A DNA stretch of 64,000 nucleotides from positions 131,736-195,735 of IMG/VR virus record IMGVR_UViG_3300034358_000044; one strand, written 5' to 3'. Shown in pieces: positions 61,571-64,000 of the stretch. Source of the stretch: a virus. Each line of letters begins with the position of its first letter. Position 1 is the stretch's first letter. Under the pieces are notes generated by a model that worked only from the letters and a program-made list of their open reading frames with translations, was not told where the DNA came from and searched no databases. Position numbers and translations under genes: made by a program.

Positions 61571-62548
61571 TCACTCTTTCTTTGGGTAGTCCGCCTTGAT
61601 CGAGAGGGCTCCTTCCTCTATGGCCTTATCGATGAGGACCATGAGTATGGGGCCTGCACTCTCAAGGTTGAGGGCACTTCGAGCGCACTTCATACAGATG
61701 AAGTGTCTCGCGATGGAGTGCCTGAGGAGGTGAATCTCGTCGTACTCACTGGAAAGTGTACGAGTTCTCACCTCCTCTCCACAGGCTCGGCAATGGAACT
61801 CGACCTTCAAGATGCGGGAGAGCGAGGCTTCCACCTTGAGGACGCGCTCAATGATGGGCCGCGTACCGTGGAACGGCTCTGTAGGAGTCGTGCCCTTATG
61901 AAGGTTCTGGAGATAGCTGTGGAGCTTCTCCTTCCACCAGTCGGTCTCATGGTCGATGTCCGACTCTTTGTGAAGCTTGAGAGCAAACTTCGCCAGGTCG
62001 AGTCTGTCCATCTTCTGGAGCTCAAGCCTCCTCTCCATCTTCGGTTTGAGCTTCGCCTTGGCTGCGGCCTTGCGGATAGCTCTCAGGCGTGCGGCTCTTT
62101 CCTGCTGCTCCTCCTGCTGTTGAACGCGCTCTTCGTGATCCTGCTGCATCCGTATTCCCGAGAGGCACTCAGGACAGGTTACCTGTTCCACCTTCTCGGC
62201 CATTGTGAAGAGGGGGATGTGCGAGAAGTGATGAGGCCAATGAATCATCAGCCGTTTCGCGTTGCAGCTATGACAGAGTGTGTAGGGAGTACCAGTTTCA
62301 ACACTGCTTGCCTGAAACAGGTCCGAGAGATGGTATCTCTTGTTGCTGAGGCACCCATCGCATCGATAAAGAGGCTGAACCCGTCTTTCCTCCTTGCCGA
62401 GTGCCTCCAAGAGGGCGTCGCCCGTAAGCAGCTCATCTTTTCGATCCGGTCTCAGCTCATGGAATCGGACTGTGCGCCAAGCGTGCTGGGAGTCACCAAG
62501 TCTTATACGTAGTGCCTCCAAGAACTCTGCATCTGGATACAAACCCAT
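61571..62548 (-). CDS. Multi-CxxC (Zn-finger) hypothetical protein
   Basis: CDGC, CHSC, CPEC, CRAC, CMKC plus a coiled-coil region. Confidence 0.65.
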   Translation of the reverse strand: MGLYPDAEFLEALRIRLGDSQHAWRTVRFHELRPDRKDELLTGDALLEALGKEERRVQPLYRCDGCLSNKRYHLSDLFQASSVETGTPYTLCHSCNAKRLMIHWPHHFSHIPLFTMAEKVEQVTCPECLSGIRMQQDHEERVQQQEEQQERAARLRAIRKAAAKAKLKPKMERRLELQKMDRLDLAKFALKLHKESDIDHETDWWKEKLHSYLQNLHKGTTPTEPFHGTRPIIERVLKVEASLSRILKVEFHCRACGEEVRTRTLSSEYDEIHLLRHSIARHFICMKCARSALNLESAGPILMVLIDKAIEEGALSIKADYPKKE

Positions 62549-62600
62549 GTGGATCCCTCTTTCCGCCCTCTTGAGGGCGTGGGTGAAATGGTACTCCGTC

Positions 62601-62628
62601 CTTATGCCGAATCTGATGTCGCATTAGC
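62601..62628 (-). promoter_or_regulatory. Conserved bipartite phage promoter, copy 8
   Basis: GCTA-ATGCGACATCAGATT-CGGCATAAG, 53 nt upstream of the 62548 start. Confidence 0.65.
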
Positions 62629-62742
62629 GTCACCCTGATTGACTCTGGGCTGTGCCTCGAAGGACGATGTGAGACGCAGCAGCTACTTGGGGGTGGGCGC
62701 AACGCATGCAGGAATGCCACGCACGGTAGCCAGGAGTCACCC

Positions 62743-62892
62743 ATGCTCGATGAGAACTCTGAGACTAAGGTCGAAGGTGAGCGTCTTCAATCGCTCTTCG
62801 AGTATCTCTCCACCATGAGGCAAGAGTCGCTGGCAAAGGTGGATGAAGTCCTCAAGAAGGTGAAGGCCAAGAAGAAGCCCTCAGAGGGCTAA
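62743..62892 (+). CDS. 49-aa hypothetical protein (below the ORF-track cutoff)
   Basis: AGGAG SD; MLDENSETKVEGERLQSLFEYLSTMRQESLAKVDEVLKKVKAKKKPSEG; typical codon bias. Confidence 0.55.
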   Translation: MLDENSETKVEGERLQSLFEYLSTMRQESLAKVDEVLKKVKAKKKPSEG

Positions 62893-62918
62893 CAAAAGAG
62901 AGTGGTGTTCTCTCTCTT
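62884..62918 (-). terminator. Hairpin terminator with TTAGC tail
   Basis: GAGGGCTAACAA then AAGAGAG-TGGTGTT-CTCTCTCTT. Confidence 0.65.
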
Positions 62919-63116
62919 GCCTTCCCACGTGAGCTTGTGGCTCATGGGTCCCTGAAGCGGGCACTCGTAAGTGCTCCGCCTGGGCCAACTGCTTGCGGTA
63001 CTACTTACCGGTACTACTTGGGGTGTTGCTTTTGTCTGGACCCTATCCCAGCTTGAAACAGAGGGCACTCCCCATCGCCGGTTGGTTCCGGCCTGCGAGC
63101 GGCTATACTCTGCCGC
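62893..63116 (-). ncRNA. Candidate ~225-nt structured non-coding RNA
   Basis: Bounded by promoter copy 9 and a TTAGC terminator; at least five hairpins; no ORF with a usable SD. Confidence 0.5.
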
Positions 63117-63122
63117 TACATT

Positions 63123-63150
63123 CTTATGCCGAAAGGCGAGTCACTTTTGC
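63123..63150 (-). promoter_or_regulatory. Conserved bipartite phage promoter, copy 9
   Basis: GCAA-AAGTGACTCGCCTTT-CGGCATAAG. Confidence 0.7.
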
Positions 63151-63153
63151 TCT

Positions 63154-63190
63154 GACGGCTAACAACAAAGGGGAGTCCGTTCTGCACTCC
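63154..63190 (-). terminator. Hairpin terminator with TTAGC tail
   Basis: GACGGCTAACAACAAA then GGGAGT-CCGTTCTGC-ACTCCC. Confidence 0.65.
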
Positions 63191-63200
63191 CCCCTGCTGC

Positions 63201-63626
63201 TCAGCGCAGAGGCACGCCACCGAAGCCGTTGGTGTTGCCCGGCGCCGTGGCCCCCACGACCTGCTCCTTGCCCTGCAGCGCCTTCTTCACGGCCTGAGCG
63301 ACCTTGCGGTCGAACTCCGCCTCGGCGGCCTCCTGCGCCTTGCGCTCACGCATCGCCAGCCCCTCGTGAGCGAGCTTGCTGAGCTCGTCCACGTCGTTGA
63401 TGAGAACGCCCTTGCTGTCGTAGATGCCCGAGAGGGTGGCCTTGCTGGGCTTCTTCTTCGACTTGACGAAGTCGATGATGGCGGGCGCGGCCACCAGCGC
63501 CAGGGGCAGCAGCGTCATCAGCACCAGTCCTGCAGTGCTGGGGGCCTCGACCTCGACCGGCTCGGGCTCGGTGGCGTCGTGGATGGCGTTCTTCACCGCG
63601 TTGGTCAGCTTGTTCATGAAGGTCAT
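63201..63626 (-). CDS. Single-TM hypothetical protein
   Basis: 141 aa; AGLVLMTLLPLALVAAPAII; has its own promoter and terminator. Confidence 0.65.
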   Translation of the reverse strand: MTFMNKLTNAVKNAIHDATEPEPVEVEAPSTAGLVLMTLLPLALVAAPAIIDFVKSKKKPSKATLSGIYDSKGVLINDVDELSKLAHEGLAMRERKAQEAAEAEFDRKVAQAVKKALQGKEQVVGATAPGNTNGFGGVPLR

Positions 63627-63689
63627 AACGTCTCCAACTCCCTGTGGGAGTAACGAACGAAGGACTTGAGTGTCCTTTGCTGTTACTGC

Positions 63690-63717
63690 CTTATCCCAAA
63701 AGAGAGCTCACTTTTGC
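63690..63717 (-). promoter_or_regulatory. Conserved bipartite phage promoter, copy 10
   Basis: GCAA-AAGTGAGCTCTCTTT-TGGGATAAG. Confidence 0.7.
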
Positions 63718-63896
63718 TCTGGAGGAGGCTTGCTGAAGTCTATGACCTTCTTCAGCAGCTTCGCCTTCTTCTTCATCTCTGCGCACTGGGCCAGCAGCTT
63801 GTTGTCCTTGGGCGCCTTGAGCTTCTCTACCTCACCAATCCACTTGATGAGCTCGTCGTACTGCACCTTCACCCGCTCTAGAAGCTCGTCGTTCAT
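63708..63896 (-). CDS. 62-aa helical hypothetical protein
   Basis: GGGGA SD; typical codon bias. Confidence 0.6.
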   Translation of the reverse strand: MNDELLERVKVQYDELIKWIGEVEKLKAPKDNKLLAQCAEMKKKAKLLKKVIDFSKPPPEQK

Positions 63897-64000
63897 TGTG
63901 TCCCCTGTTGGCTAATGGAAGGGGGCGTTGTGCCCCCAGCCATGCTACCTTGTCTTCTTGAGAGGTGGCAGCTCAAGCGGTGGCATGGGCGGACTGAATA

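Noticed and set aside
62890-63069. 59-codon GTG ORF on the minus strand within the candidate ncRNA (and an 18-codon ATG sub-ORF)
   Set aside because: No properly spaced SD, atypical codons, and the frame runs through the terminator hairpin to stop in the TTAGC tail. Not fully excluded without ribosome profiling.
1-64000. tRNA genes, introns/inteins and stop-codon reassignment
   Set aside because: No cloverleaf with T-loop/D-loop consensus was seen in intergenic gaps. Core genes are uninterrupted and lack intein/homing motifs. TAA, TAG and TGA all terminate genes at sensible positions.

Overview
The whole window (about 60% GC by eye) reads as part of a large tailed phage genome with a contractile tail and its own multisubunit RNA polymerase. 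It is not a bacterial chromosome, T6SS or eCIS locus. The plus strand carries virion morphogenesis genes: RNAP beta' (5'-truncated by the window edge), baseplate spike, terminase large subunit, HK97-type prohead protease, scaffold/core proteins, major capsid protein, neck proteins, tail sheath and tube, and three paralogous tail fibres with tip proteins. Interspersed minus-strand islands carry RNase HII, an HTH protein, a MoxR AAA+/vWA pair, a cold-shock protein, a DHH-like protein, Cys-rich lipoproteins and small unknowns. Two unannotated systems stand out. (1) Head cargo addressing: five genes begin with the same 17-aa leader (M-H/S-x6-F-x-D/N-E-L/M-x-K-x-A), and K-x-A/S motifs saturate the head-cluster proteins. 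This suggests a capsid-targeting tag and a Lys-x-Ala prohead-protease site that load a SNF2 helicase, a zinc peptidase and many Gly-zipper membrane proteins into the head. (2) A minus-strand regulatory grammar: ten copies of a bipartite promoter (CAA-N15-YGGSATAAG), about ten hairpin terminators with a conserved TTAGC tail, a CAYWR pentaloop hairpin abutting the Shine-Dalgarno of six genes, and a gene-less ~225-nt structured transcript carrying the same hairpin. No portal, tape measure, tRNA, CRISPR array, integrase or reverse transcriptase was recognised. All functional calls come from motif recognition by eye; no database search was run.
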